DNA of 64,000 nucleotides from Candidatus Freyarchaeum deiterrae (GCA_037305845.1 CP147778.1:224001-288000), one strand, 5' to 3'. Counted from the stretch's first letter, positions 1-11,108 are shown. The notes: generated by a model from the letters alone, not told the origin. Made by a program: numbers and translations.

Positions 1-1419
1 GAGCGTGGTTTTGATGGGTTGCGTATTACTGGAAACACTTTCTGGCTTGAGAGGAGCCTCTGGCAAAACTTCGTTGACTATGAGGCTAAAATAAACGAGG
101 TGATAGGGCAGCATCGAATGATTGCTGTCTGCACTTACTTTCTTGGAAAATGCACCGGCAGCGATGTTGCTGATGTTATAAGAAATCACCAAAGCACGCT
201 GATTAGAAAGGGAAAATCTTGGTTTATGGTTGAAGATGTTTCAAGGCGTAGATTGGCTGAGAATAAGTTTACAGAGAGCCGGACGCAGTTGAAGAGAAGC
301 GAAGAGAGATATAGTCTGCTAGTCGAACACTTGAATGAAGGCGTTTGGGCTGTAGATGATAAAGGTGTTACTACCTTTGTTAATGAGCGTTTAGCGGAGA
401 TGTTGGGATACACCGTGGATGAGATGACTGGTAAGAATTCACATTTATTCCTAAATGAAGAGGGTGTGGAGATTGCTAAAAAAAATTTGGAACTCCGCAG
501 GCAGGGAATTGAAGGACAGTTCGATTTCGAATTCGTTCGTAAAGACGGAACAAGGATGCTCGGTCGAGTAGGTGCAACACCACTCTTCGATGAAAATGGA
601 AACTTTGCAGGATCGGTTAGTGTAATCATGGACATAACAGAACGCAAGCGATTAGAGGAGGGTCTTAGGCAGTATTCCGAACACCTTAAGGAGTTGGTGG
701 AGGAAGGGACTAGAAAGCTGAGAGAAGCTGAGCGGATGGCTACTATAGGTGAGACTGCGGCTATGGTGGGCCACGACCTCCGCAACCCGTTACAAGCTAT
801 AGTTGGCTCGATCTATTTGGCTAGTGCAAAGTTGAAGTCCATATCCAGACTTAGCCAAGTAAAACAAAAAAGTGACGTAGGGAATCTGTTGCAGACGATT
901 GAGCAACAGGTGGACTACATGAACAAAATTGTTTCCGATCTTGAGGATTACGCTAGACCGTTAAAGCTTCAACTCGTCGAAACTAGCTTGCAACAGTTAA
1001 TTGATGATACATTATCAACATTGACTGTTCCTGAAAATGTTAAAGTATTCATTGGGATTGAAGAGAATCTTCCAAGTATGATGGTTGACCCCACAGCGAT
1101 TCGACGTGTACTCTCTAATTTAATTACAAATGCCTTTCAAGCCATGCCGGGCGGAGGGCAACTAACGATACGAGCGTCCAAGAGTGAGGACTCTGTTATT
1201 ATGAGTGTTGAGGACACGGGTGTAGGCATATCTGAAGAGAATCTCTCAAAGATTTTCCAGCCGCTGTTCACTACGAAGTCTAAGGGGCAGGGTTTTGGAC
1301 TATCCGTCTGCAGGAGATTGGTGGAAGCCCACGGTGGCAGCATCACGGTTGAGAGTGAGGTGGGTAAAGGCTCAACCTTCACGGTCAAAATTCCTCTCAG
1401 AAAAAAGATGAATAATTAA
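1..1419 (+). CDS. MEDS-PAS sensor histidine kinase (5'-truncated by window edge)
   Basis: Frame open from position 1 (ERGFDGLRITGN..., MEDS-like C-terminal half). PAS domain (FVNERLAEMLGY...RKDG), H-box GHDLRNPL, N-box NLITNAFQA, G1 DTGVGI, G2 GQGFGL. Confidence 0.93.
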   Translation, partial: ERGFDGLRITGNTFWLERSLWQNFVDYEAKINEVIGQHRMIAVCTYFLGKCTGSDVADVIRNHQSTLIRKGKSWFMVEDVSRRRLAENKFTESRTQLKRSEERYSLLVEHLNEGVWAVDDKGVTTFVNERLAEMLGYTVDEMTGKNSHLFLNEEGVEIAKKNLELRRQGIEGQFDFEFVRKDGTRMLGRVGATPLFDENGNFAGSVSVIMDITERKRLEEGLRQYSEHLKELVEEGTRKLREAERMATIGETAAMVGHDLRNPLQAIVGSIYLASAKLKSISRLSQVKQKSDVGNLLQTIEQQVDYMNKIVSDLEDYARPLKLQLVETSLQQLIDDTLSTLTVPENVKVFIGIEENLPSMMVDPTAIRRVLSNLITNAFQAMPGGGQLTIRASKSEDSVIMSVEDTGVGISEENLSKIFQPLFTTKSKGQGFGLSVCRRLVEAHGGSITVESEVGKGSTFTVKIPLRKKMNN

Positions 1420-1677
1420 AAAAAGAGGATAAAAACATCCGGATCACTGAGGATTGAGAACCCTTTCCCAGAAGTATAAACACTATACTTATCGGATGAC
1501 AGAAGCAATCAATTAATTGAATGTCTTCTTCTATCGACTGTAAAAATTATTTTTATTTTAGGCAGCTTTTTCAATTTTGGGAAAGGGAAGGCAGGATCCA
1601 ATAATAAATGGATTGAAGATTCTGGTGGCTGCTCCGTCGTTTTAATTCTACGTTTTTTCCTTTTCCTTGCTTTTGTG

Positions 1678-1692
1678 GGAAAAATTTATATA
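1678..1692 (+). promoter_or_regulatory. Putative BRE/TATA promoter of hsp20
   Basis: GGAAAAA followed by TTTATATA (1685-1692), about 65 nt upstream of the hsp20 start; archaeal promoter consensus. Confidence 0.5.
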
Positions 1693-1757
1693 AATCTACT
1701 CATTGTTTACTACTTGATGTTGTATAGCTCACCGAATTGCGAACTGGAGGAATGACA

Positions 1758-2273
1758 ATGAGCCGAATACGCGGTGAAAAAAAGTCAACTGAAATAGAAC
1801 CTAAGGAAACAAGACCTATAGTCTATCGTCCTTTCGATGAGCTCTTTGACGACTTTAGCAGAAGCTTTGATGAACTCATGAGACCTTGGTTTGACATAGT
1901 ACCCTCAAGACGAACGCTGGAGTTAGGAGCAGTGACTCGCTTCCCAAAGGTGGACTTGGCGGATAATGGTGACAGTTATACCGTCACTGCAGAGCTCCCT
2001 GGACTTTCCAAGGATCAGGTGAACCTTAACATTACTAAAAACAGTCTAGAAATCAGCGGAGAGGTGAAAGAGGAGATGGAGGAAAAAGAAAAAAATTACC
2101 TCCATAGAGAGAGATCCTACACCTCATTCAGAAGATACCTAGTCTTCCCGGATGAAGTTCTCCCGGAGAAGGCTGAAGCAGATATTAAAAAGGGAATCCT
2201 CACTTTGAAGGTTCCAAAAAAGGAGCCAACTCCAGTAGAGGAACCTGTTAAAGTCGAAATAAAGGAGGAGTAA
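1758..2273 (+). CDS. hsp20: Small heat-shock protein (Hsp20/alpha-crystallin)
   Basis: Motifs VDLADNGDSYTVTAELPGL, ERSYTSFRR, GILTLKVPK and C-terminal VEI. GGAGG RBS at 1746-1750 favours ATG 1758. Confidence 0.95.
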   Translation: MSRIRGEKKSTEIEPKETRPIVYRPFDELFDDFSRSFDELMRPWFDIVPSRRTLELGAVTRFPKVDLADNGDSYTVTAELPGLSKDQVNLNITKNSLEISGEVKEEMEEKEKNYLHRERSYTSFRRYLVFPDEVLPEKAEADIKKGILTLKVPKKEPTPVEEPVKVEIKEE

Positions 2274-2284
2274 GGGGATTAGGT

Positions 2285-2312
2285 GGGCGAATTCTCTTTT
2301 CGCCCTTTTTTT
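2285..2312 (+). terminator. Hairpin plus T-tract after hsp20
   Basis: GGGCGAA-loop-TTCGCCC followed by a T run. Confidence 0.6.
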
Positions 2313-3381
2313 ATTTATCATTAAAGAGTTTTGCCGATTACTGTGAAGCAATGTGTAAAAATTATGTGCCCTCGACTCCCAGCTTCGGAAACCCTTTAAG
2401 GATTGAAGTAGGGCGAGATTGGCACCAAACGAATGATGCCTCTGGCGTTAAGGGCCAGTTGAGTAAAAGGGTTGAAATAAGGGAGGAGATTCCGCTTCCT
2501 TGTTTAGCGGGTTCTCAGAGACCCTTTGAAGAGCTGTTTGTCGCTCAATAACCTCACGATTAATTTCGAGCAAGCAGGTCCCAAAAACTTGCTTTCATAT
2601 CCTTGGGCTATCAATCGTGGAGTAATTGAACGTAAACCGTATTCCTCCCCCAGCTCTTTGGGGTATACTGAGAGTTCAAAGACCATGTTGATCCTTGAAC
2701 TTAAACCCGTTATATAAGCGGAACTCCATCAGGATTCAGAAGCTCTCAATAGTTCAGAGTATGACACAGTGTAACGCATTGAAGATTCACACGAGAAAGA
2801 GGATCGGGTAATTGTACGGTCATTCACAATTTACAGCATTCAAACATTCTCTAGAGTTTTCTCTCCAAAATTCGCTGAAGTCAGTATTTCAGAGTATTAA
2901 ACATTTTTTAGTACGACGTTGCGTAAGATTCAATGAACGGATCGGCGAATGCTTAAAATTTCCTTTCATAGTAACTATTGAATAATAGTGTAGTTGAGGC
3001 ACCTCTTGGAGATTTATTATTATCCCGATCCTCCTTGATATGGGTTAAGGTATTTGCCTCTTGAACTTGATTATATAGGGGCTGATATCAGCTTGATTTT
3101 GTATTACATAAATAGAAGTTTAGCTTAAAATTTAAGCGGGCTCTTTTTTTGAGTTTTTAAAATGGTGTGGGAGAATTTAGATTAATTCTCTTTGCTCTTG
3201 TGAGCATAAGTGATAGTATAACATTTTTATAACGCATCCCTTAATATGAGTATCCAAATTTTGTAAACGCTTCAATGATAAACTAAGTTTTGCTTCACTC
3301 TGCTTTCAAGGATAGAAGCATTTTTAAGGCAAATTCGTAATATTTTTTGAATAGTGTTTTGAATTTTTGGAGGTTAAGAGC

Positions 3382-5100
3382 TTGAGTGGAGATGGTAAAG
3401 AGGATTCTTTATTTGAGGTTGAATTAGATTTTGAGAATCCGAGTCCTTGGGTGCGTCCGAATCGACCTTGGGAGAAGATGTATCAAAATGTGGTCTATGA
3501 AGGGAAGAAAGTAAATCTTCCAAAGACCATTAAATATCCCGAGATACCCATTCACTATATCGGGCGGCAGGCGGCGCTGGATTATCCGAACAATGTGGCG
3601 GTGTATTATCATCCAGAGGAGAAGAAGTACACTTATCGGGAGCTTATGTATTTCAGTGATAAACTGTCAGCGGCGTTAGCGGACCTTGGGATAGGGAAAG
3701 ATGACGCCGTGGGTATATATATGACTAATACGCCTGAATTCGTCTTTTCCATCTACGGTATAAGTCAAACTGGAGCGGCGGTTACTCCCATAAACCCCTT
3801 GCTGAAAGCTCCGGACATTGTTCATATGGTGAGGGATAGTGGCATTATAAAGTCTCTGATCTGTACCTCCAATCTTTATCCTTCGGTGCAGCAGGCATCG
3901 GAGGAGGTAGAATTGGAAAACGTGATAGTGGTGGGTCAGAAAATACCGGGAACCATGGATTTCTGGGAAGTGACGGAGAAGTATCCGCCGAAACCACCCG
4001 AGGTTACCATAAACCCCAGGGAGGATGTGTGTGCGCTGATGTATAGCGGAGGAACTACTGGGCTGCCCAAAGGCGTGATGCTAACCCACTACAATATAGT
4101 TGCGGATGTCTTAGCGAGCGGTTATTCTCAGATTGGAGAAGATAGGTCTGTATATGGAAAGGATACCATTCTCGCCACCCTGCCGATATGCCACGTATTC
4201 GGTTTTACAATGGTACAAACGTATTTTTATGGAAAGAGCATGATAATAATGTACGCTGGGTTTGACGCGGATTTGGTAATGAGAGATATTGAAAAGTATA
4301 AGAGCCGTGCGTTCGTAGGAATTCCGCTCATGTACTTTGTGATGGTTAACCATCCCAACTTCAGAAAGTATGACCTCTCGTCTTTGAAATTGGCGGCTTC
4401 TGGAGCAGACACACTGCAAGGCACGGTTTCTGAGGAGTGGAAAAAAGTCACAAAACTCGACGTGGGTCAGGGTTACGGTCTATCGGAGGCAGGTCCCGTA
4501 ACGCACAGTCAACCCGTATGGTTGCCTAAAATTGCAAACAGTATAGAAATACCATTAATAGATACGGATGCAAAAATCGTGGACTTGGATACCGGAACCC
4601 AGGAACTACCCCCAGGAGAAATTGGTGAACTCATGGTCCGGGGACCGCAGATAATGAAGGGCTACTGGAAACAACCCGAAAAAACGAAAGAAGCCATAAC
4701 CGAGGATGGCTGGCTGCACACGGGAGACCTAGCGCAAATGGATGAAAACGGTTACTTCTACGTAGAAGGGCGATTCAAAGAGATAATCAAGTATAAGGGT
4801 TACAAGGTGTTACCCGACGAGGTTGAAGATAAACTGTACCAGCACTCCGCGGTTTTCGAGTGCGCCGTGGTCGGGGTACCGGAACCAAAGGTAGGGGAAA
4901 CTATCAAAGCATTTGTGGTAGTAAAGGAAGAGTATAAGAATAAAATCACGGAGCAGGAAATAAGGGATTGGGCTAAGAACGAGATGGCGGGATACAAGTG
5001 GCCCCGAATAGTGCAGTTCATTGATAAGCTTCCGAGAACTCCAGTTGGAAAAGTTTTCAGAAGAAAACTAAGAGAAATGGACCAAAGCAAAGAAGCCTAA
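3382..5100 (+). CDS. Long-chain fatty acid/acyl-CoA ligase (AMP-binding)
   Basis: Motifs YSGGTTGLPKG, QGYGLSE, GWLHTGD, LPRTPVGK. GGAGGT RBS before TTG 3382 (ORF track start 3367). Confidence 0.95.
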   Translation: MSGDGKEDSLFEVELDFENPSPWVRPNRPWEKMYQNVVYEGKKVNLPKTIKYPEIPIHYIGRQAALDYPNNVAVYYHPEEKKYTYRELMYFSDKLSAALADLGIGKDDAVGIYMTNTPEFVFSIYGISQTGAAVTPINPLLKAPDIVHMVRDSGIIKSLICTSNLYPSVQQASEEVELENVIVVGQKIPGTMDFWEVTEKYPPKPPEVTINPREDVCALMYSGGTTGLPKGVMLTHYNIVADVLASGYSQIGEDRSVYGKDTILATLPICHVFGFTMVQTYFYGKSMIIMYAGFDADLVMRDIEKYKSRAFVGIPLMYFVMVNHPNFRKYDLSSLKLAASGADTLQGTVSEEWKKVTKLDVGQGYGLSEAGPVTHSQPVWLPKIANSIEIPLIDTDAKIVDLDTGTQELPPGEIGELMVRGPQIMKGYWKQPEKTKEAITEDGWLHTGDLAQMDENGYFYVEGRFKEIIKYKGYKVLPDEVEDKLYQHSAVFECAVVGVPEPKVGETIKAFVVVKEEYKNKITEQEIRDWAKNEMAGYKWPRIVQFIDKLPRTPVGKVFRRKLREMDQSKEA

Positions 5101-5398
5101 GCAAACCCCAAAGAGGGAGAGAAATTACAAGACTGGCTAATTCTCTTTTTTTTTTTAAATAATTTATATTCTTGGTCTATTTTTCAGGGATCAGACATTT
5201 TTGGTAACAAAAGTTAAAAACGGGTTAGAGCATATGCCTTCCAATTTTTTTTGAAACTAGTTGGTGAGTAGAACTAAATAATTCTTTTATGAAACTGGCA
5301 AACATGCGCTAAATGACTTGAAAAAATAAAATAGAGCCAGATTTCCTTTTCTTTCCTCCCAAAAAACCGCTGCTCAAGATTCCGCGACGTTATTTAAT

Positions 5399-5923
5399 TT
5401 ATATTTCTTCGTCTAGTTCTTTTTGTTTTTTGGATGCGGAGCCGGTGCGTACCCAGTCCCAGACCCAGGCCAGCATCTCGAAGAATTCCATGACCTTTTT
5501 CTGGGCGTCGGGGTTGTCTCCCGCTATGGCTTTGGCTAGTCTCTCCTTTTCCAGGTTTAGGAGGTCTCGGAAGTAGTCGAAGTGGCTTCCGGCGTAGGCT
5601 ACGATTTCCTTAAGGAGGGTCACGGAGTCTCTCTCGTAGTAGTCTCTCAGGAATTCGATTAGGGCTGTGCGGAATTCGTCCCTCAGATTCGTGAATAATT
5701 CAGATTTTTGGAACTCGGTGAAGAATTTGTTGGTCCACACCACCTCGCGGTCACCGAACTCGGAGTCGCCGATGCCGAACGCTAACAGTCTGTCGGCGGA
5801 CTCGTTGAAGGAATACCCGTAGCGATGCGCGTACTTCCAGATCTTCTCGTACATGTCCCTGGGAACCCGCAGAGTAACCTTAACCAGTTCCTCAGGCTCA
5901 AACCTTCTAGGCTTACCAGGCAT
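5399..5923 (-). CDS. Putative ribbon-helix-helix (Arc-like) DNA-binding protein with helical C-terminal domain
   Basis: N-terminal KVTLRVPRDMYEKIWKYAHRYGYSFNESADRLL fits the RHH pattern; ATG 5923. Confidence 0.6.
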   Translation of the reverse strand: MPGKPRRFEPEELVKVTLRVPRDMYEKIWKYAHRYGYSFNESADRLLAFGIGDSEFGDREVVWTNKFFTEFQKSELFTNLRDEFRTALIEFLRDYYERDSVTLLKEIVAYAGSHFDYFRDLLNLEKERLAKAIAGDNPDAQKKVMEFFEMLAWVWDWVRTGSASKKQKELDEEI

Positions 5924-6131
5924 AAAAAACACTCCAAATAAGCTCAATACAATTATTCTACATTAACATTAAGACTCCGATATAAATATTATTGGAAAAC
6001 CAATAGCGCAATTCTCACCTTTTCATTATTATTATTATTTATAATGTAAATAATAAATTACTAAATTACAAGTTTTTATAATAAAAAAAGGGATAGGGAA
6101 TTTGAGCTAACAGACCTGTTAGCAGTCTTTT

Positions 6132-6392
6132 CTAGGTGCTTTGTCTGCTGAGCCGAATCCTTATGCGACCGTACGCGAAGATGGCGAATCCTCCGACCCA
6201 AACCACAGCCAATCCTATGAGCGACGTGAAGAGTACGGGCAGTGTGGATACCCCGTTAAGCCCGGTTCCAATCACCATCGAGAGACCCAGACCAACCACG
6301 AAAGCGATGACAGTTACTACCATTAGAATCCAGCCCCAAAGGCTGAACCGTTCAAACAACGCGACATTAGCCATATCCCTCAAGACCTCCAA
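6132..6392 (-). CDS. Small two-TM membrane protein, probably co-transcribed with the beta-solenoid gene
   Basis: Two hydrophobic helices; lies 14 nt downstream of 6407-9073. Confidence 0.65.
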   Translation of the reverse strand: MEVLRDMANVALFERFSLWGWILMVVTVIAFVVGLGLSMVIGTGLNGVSTLPVLFTSLIGLAVVWVGGFAIFAYGRIRIRLSRQST

Positions 6393-6406
6393 ACTTCATT
6401 TCTCAC

Positions 6407-9073
6407 TCACTCACTTTCCGTGTTTGCTTCACTCTCGGATCCGCCGGAAGACCTACTGAACGCCTTTCTCAGGCGTGCAAACCGTTCCCTAAGCATAATC
6501 AGCATTACCCCAGGAATCTGAACCAGCATCCGCCTATCTTGGTATCCTATGTAGATGCCTCTCGCTACTACGAAGATTGTGCCAATGGCCATTATGCCCA
6601 GTGCTACTAGTGCTAGTGGATTTACTATCAGTGACATGTGTGGGACTGGTATTCCGCTCAGGGATGCGCTGTTCATTTCGAGGATTGTTGATGATGAAAT
6701 TGATGGGGTGTTGCTTGTGTAGAGTGTGCCTGTGAGGATGACTCCGCCGTTGATTACTGCTGCGGCGGGTGATACAATCATGGAGCCCATGATGTTGGTG
6801 CCTCCGTTGATCATGGTCACACCGGACATTACGGTGTTTCCGGTGATGGTCATTACGCCGTTGATTGTTCCCAGGCCGCCCATGCTCATGATGCCGTCGG
6901 TCGCCATGATGCCGGTTATGCTCATGGGTATCGTTAACTTGAAGTTGCCGTTCATGGTCACTCGTCCAGCGTTTGTTACTGTTCCGGACACGTCGATCTG
7001 GTCGCTGGTGATGCTGGTGTTGCTGTGGATGGTGGTTCCGGTTGGGCTCATGTCTATTTCGCCGTCTACTGTTACCACTCCGTTGGTTAAGGTCATGGTG
7101 CCGATTGTTTGCATGTAGCCGTTGGATACCTTGATGGTTCCGGTTCCGCTCATTAAGCCGTTGTTAATGTTCAGGGTTGAGTTGGATATGGAAACCGGTC
7201 CGTAAATGGTGCTGCTTCCCATCTTGAAGGAGTCTCCCTGTATAGTGGTGTTGCCGTTGACCGTGGTTGTTCCCAGAGAGTTTATCTGGTCGCCGGTAAT
7301 GGAGATTGTGGTGCCTGTGATGAATGAGCCGGTGCTGTTCATAACCATAGTGCTTCCGCTGGGGACTTTTATCGCACCGTTGGTTATGGTCATGGAGCTA
7401 TCGCTTGAAGCAATCATTGTGCCGGCAATAGTTAGGATCATTGTGCCAGTAGTTTGGTCGTTTATGTTCAAGTTTCCGTTTACGGTTATGTTGCCCTGCA
7501 TGTTGCTGTTTCCTGAGATTCCTATGTTTCCTTGCAGGGATGGATTTCCAGTAATCTTCATTGTGCCGGTTGAGGTTATGTTGCCTCCGATTGTAGTGTT
7601 TGAAGCGCCGTACATGTATATTCCAGTGGAGTTCATGTTCATCGTTCCACTGGTGATGTTCATTCCGCCGTTAACTATGTTCATTGTGCCGTTTGTTTCC
7701 ATGCTTCCGCTCGGAAGATTAAGGGTCACTGCTCCAGACATCAGGCCGCTGTTCACGTTCATCTGTCCTGAGATTGTTACTGGGGCTTGCAGGTTGTTGT
7801 ATCCGGTGATGGTTACATTGCCTTGTATTGTTTGGTTTCCATTTACGAGCATGCTGCCCGTGTATGAGAAATTGCCGTTTGTTACCTGGTTTATGTTCTT
7901 AATGTCTGAGTAGCCGGATGTTGAGATGCCACCGTTCGTGATGTAAGTATTGCCAAGGCCAGTTATACTCTGATTCGTGGTTGAGATGTCCATTTCCGCC
8001 TTGGGATAATGGTCGCTATTTAGGAGGGTTATCGCTGGCCCCGAGTCGTTGTCCAAGAACCAGTAGCTTATGGGGGAACTTGAATTCATGTAGATGTAGG
8101 TGTCGATTAGAACCATTACACCACCTTCGGTTAGGCTGCTTCCTACGGCGAACCAGGGACCCCAAGAGTCAAAAATCGTTCCGGGCATAATTTCCATGTA
8201 TCTGGTGCGCGTTGTAGCTCCGATACCGAGGCTGAGGAGACCGAAATCTCCATTGCTGTTAATCTGGGTTACGTTGGCTATCCCGTTGTAGTTTGTACTT
8301 GAACCTTGGCCTCCCCACAGGTTAACTTGAGCAGATACGGGTAGTACATAGAGCCCTACTGCGGTGATGTTAAACCAGTCGTGGGTTATCCAGATGTCTA
8401 TACTGGAAATTAATGTATTGGGCCATTCGCTGTGTATGTAGAGTTCGCCAGTGTTGACTCTGATTGCGTCGCTGCTTAGAAGTGTGAGGGCATTTACACC
8501 GCTCACGGTGGTTCCTATGTAGCCGCCTTCTTTGCAATCGACGTACTGGTAGTAGTCTGTGATGTTAAAGTAGACCCGGCTCCCTGTGTTATAATTTCCC
8601 ACAGATAGGGATCCATTAGCGGAGTTCACCGCTGGCCAGGTGCTGTTTCCGCCTATGATTATGCTTCCTCCGGAATTTGTGGGTTCGCCTAACAGGATTG
8701 CATCTCCCGTTATGTTCATTGTTCCGTTGGCCATGAGGGGTGAGCCGAGAATCACTTGCTGAGCGTTCGATACAGCCAAGTTCCCGTTCAGGGTAGTGTT
8801 GCCGTTAACAGTCATGTTCCCAATAAAGGATAAACCGTCTGTACCGCTCTGTCCTTGTGGTGGGTTACTTTTGAGGGCTATGCCGCTGCTGGGGTTCGTA
8901 CTACTTGTCTGTGGTAAAGCGTAAGCTTGAATTTTACCCGATGCTAGGGGTATGACTAGAATACAGGTCAAAAATATGATTGCTGATAGTGCTAATAGAG
9001 TGTGTTTGGTTCTTCCTCCAAAGAGTCTAGTTTTTCGCGTGTGTGTTGTACTGTTTCTTTTGCTTCTTTCCAA
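6407..9073 (-). CDS. Large secreted, membrane-anchored G/N/T/S/I/M-rich beta-solenoid protein
   Basis: N-terminal signal/TM segment, many 6-residue G-x-hydrophobic-x-hydrophobic-x repeats (GNMTVNGNTTLNGNLAVS, GNSNMQGNITVNGNLNIN), C-terminal TM helix and basic tail. Confidence 0.8.
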   Translation of the reverse strand: MERSKRNSTTHTRKTRLFGGRTKHTLLALSAIIFLTCILVIPLASGKIQAYALPQTSSTNPSSGIALKSNPPQGQSGTDGLSFIGNMTVNGNTTLNGNLAVSNAQQVILGSPLMANGTMNITGDAILLGEPTNSGGSIIIGGNSTWPAVNSANGSLSVGNYNTGSRVYFNITDYYQYVDCKEGGYIGTTVSGVNALTLLSSDAIRVNTGELYIHSEWPNTLISSIDIWITHDWFNITAVGLYVLPVSAQVNLWGGQGSSTNYNGIANVTQINSNGDFGLLSLGIGATTRTRYMEIMPGTIFDSWGPWFAVGSSLTEGGVMVLIDTYIYMNSSSPISYWFLDNDSGPAITLLNSDHYPKAEMDISTTNQSITGLGNTYITNGGISTSGYSDIKNINQVTNGNFSYTGSMLVNGNQTIQGNVTITGYNNLQAPVTISGQMNVNSGLMSGAVTLNLPSGSMETNGTMNIVNGGMNITSGTMNMNSTGIYMYGASNTTIGGNITSTGTMKITGNPSLQGNIGISGNSNMQGNITVNGNLNINDQTTGTMILTIAGTMIASSDSSMTITNGAIKVPSGSTMVMNSTGSFITGTTISITGDQINSLGTTTVNGNTTIQGDSFKMGSSTIYGPVSISNSTLNINNGLMSGTGTIKVSNGYMQTIGTMTLTNGVVTVDGEIDMSPTGTTIHSNTSITSDQIDVSGTVTNAGRVTMNGNFKLTIPMSITGIMATDGIMSMGGLGTINGVMTITGNTVMSGVTMINGGTNIMGSMIVSPAAAVINGGVILTGTLYTSNTPSISSSTILEMNSASLSGIPVPHMSLIVNPLALVALGIMAIGTIFVVARGIYIGYQDRRMLVQIPGVMLIMLRERFARLRKAFSRSSGGSESEANTESE

Positions 9074-9540
9074 TTACTCTCTCCTCTTTTTTTTATTTTG
9101 TAGATTTGCTACAAAGTTTATTATTAGTAGGATTTCATTAGAGCCGATCTAAAAAATTGTAGAAACGCGCCTCTTCTACTCCTATCTGAAGACTTGGCGC
9201 CTTTTTTTATTTAAATGTTTTGTCAAATGCTGTATTTTTACGGCGTTTAACTATCTCAATATCAAGAGAATGCACATTTTCATGTATGCCTCTTTTATTG
9301 GAAGCGTTTGCAGTTTCTTTAGTCTTCCTTGACTATAATTTGGATCTTTTAGAAAATTTCCCATTCTAATCGATTCTGAAGAAAAAGAGGAAGAGGGGAA
9401 ACTTATTTTTTGAAGATAATATTCCTATCTACTTTCCCTTCTTTTTTTTCTTTACAACAAATTTGGCGATTTTGATGCTAAACCAAAAAAGGGGAGAAAG
9501 TCGAACTTATTTTACGATAGCTGCTTTTAGGGCTTATTCC

Positions 9541-10218
9541 TTAGGCTCTTCTTCCTTTAATTACCATTTCTGTTCCCAGAGGGTAAATCCAGATTACCAG
9601 TGTGAGTAGCATGAGCCATTCTGGAATAGCACCGTAGAGCACGGTGAGAACTCCGAGAGCCCAGCCCGCTGCCCACTCGAAGTATCCAATGTACTGTACC
9701 GCCTTTGAGAAGAATGAGGAGGAACGCATACCGAGACTCAGCACTCCCGCTACTAGGGCGACAGGCATCCAGAAGAGGACTGAGAACGTGTAATGGTAGA
9801 TCCCTGTGACCTCTGAAAAGAGTCCGATACCTATTAGGGATGCAACTGCAAAAATACCTATAAGTACCCCGATCTTCGCGGTTCTGGTGTACTCTAATGG
9901 TTTAAGCAGCGTTGGAAAGACTGGGAAAAATAGAACGCCGGTAATAATTAACCCTACATTAAACATGTAAGAGGTGGTGCCCACTCCTAGGTCACTGATG
10001 GCCTGATAATTCCAGTGATAACCCAAGTTAGGATAAGGAATCCATATCCTAAAATCGAAAAACCTGACGGCTAGGGGCATCGAAATAGAAGCACTAGAAT
10101 AAAGAAACACAGCACCCAAAATACAAGCAACGGCGATACTAATAGCTATAATCCCAACAATTCCACCAATCAGGGTATATCGTCTACTCTTAGGTGTAAC
10201 TGATTTCTTGCTCGTCAC
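9541..10218 (-). CDS. DUF998-like multipass membrane protein (paralog 1)
   Basis: Motifs ISDLGVG, FNVGL, GIGLFSE...H; about 6 TM helices; GGTGAT RBS before GTG 10218. Confidence 0.75.
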   Translation of the reverse strand: MTSKKSVTPKSRRYTLIGGIVGIIAISIAVACILGAVFLYSSASISMPLAVRFFDFRIWIPYPNLGYHWNYQAISDLGVGTTSYMFNVGLIITGVLFFPVFPTLLKPLEYTRTAKIGVLIGIFAVASLIGIGLFSEVTGIYHYTFSVLFWMPVALVAGVLSLGMRSSSFFSKAVQYIGYFEWAAGWALGVLTVLYGAIPEWLMLLTLVIWIYPLGTEMVIKGRRA

Positions 10219-10433
10219 AAATATCACCGTGTTATAAAATGTATAATTTATACTCGTTCAAAAAGGCTATTATCCTTTTCTCTAAAGAAATTTCACTACA
10301 GCAGAACAAGCTAATCAAACATGAAATCATTTTAGAAACTCGACGGGAATGTTAACATCTCTAAAAAAAGGGCTCAGAAATAAAAAGGGATGGGGATAAT
10401 TGGAGTATGCTGTGGTCTCCGCTTCTTAGATTT

Positions 10434-11108
10434 TTAGGACGTTCTTCCCTTAATCAGCATCGTAATGCCCGCAGCGTAAACCCAGATTACCAGTATTAAG
10501 AGCATAATCCACTCTGGAACAGCGCCGTAGATTCCACTGAGAACCAAGGTGGTCAGACCGCCTACCAGTTCGAAGTAACCGATATACTGAGTAGCCCTCG
10601 GGAACAGTGAGGTTGAGCGCATGGCGAAACTTAGAACTCCAGCCGACACGGCGAAAAGTGACCAAAAGAGTACAGAGAAAAGCGGATGGTAGAACCCCGT
10701 AGTCTCCGGAAAGGCTCCTATACCAATCAAGGCTGCACCAGCAACAATTCCAATCACTACGCCAATCTTCGCTGACCTAGTATATCCTAGAGGTTTAAGC
10801 AGCGTGGGAAAGAATGGTAAACAGACAACACCGGCAATCATCAAACCCACGTTAAATATGAAAGCTGAAGGACCCACACCAAGATCACTTATCCACTGAG
10901 TAGTCCAGTTATACCCAAAATTAAACCAAGGATACCATATTGTACCCCCGAACAAATCGAGGGAGTAGAGCCTCAGAGGGGAACTTGTGTAAAGCAGCAC
11001 GGAACCCAAAATGCACGCTACTGCGAAGCTAATAAGCCCAACTGCAATAATTCCACCAATCAGAGTGGATGATACGCCACTGGACGAAGTAGACTTCGTT
11101 CTTGCCAC
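10434..11108 (-). CDS. DUF998-like multipass membrane protein (paralog 2)
   Basis: Colinear paralog of 9541-10218 (ISDLGVG, FNVGL, PTLLKPLGYTR). Homology and the GGTGAT RBS put the start near 11108 rather than 11252. Confidence 0.75.
   Translation of the reverse strand: MARTKSTSSSGVSSTLIGGIIAVGLISFAVACILGSVLLYTSSPLRLYSLDLFGGTIWYPWFNFGYNWTTQWISDLGVGPSAFIFNVGLMIAGVVCLPFFPTLLKPLGYTRSAKIGVVIGIVAGAALIGIGAFPETTGFYHPLFSVLFWSLFAVSAGVLSFAMRSTSLFPRATQYIGYFELVGGLTTLVLSGIYGAVPEWIMLLILVIWVYAAGITMLIKGRTS

Noticed and set aside
2351-2760. Short overlapping ORFs after hsp20
   Set aside because: No recognisable motif or RBS; possibly a decayed gene, but unsupported.
4540-4555. SIEIP in place of the usual SIGIP in the acyl-CoA ligase
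   Set aside because: A single substitution; all core motifs are intact, so it is insufficient to call inactivation.
6726-7913. Long hydrophobic plus-strand ORFs
   Set aside because: Antisense shadows of the repetitive beta-solenoid gene.
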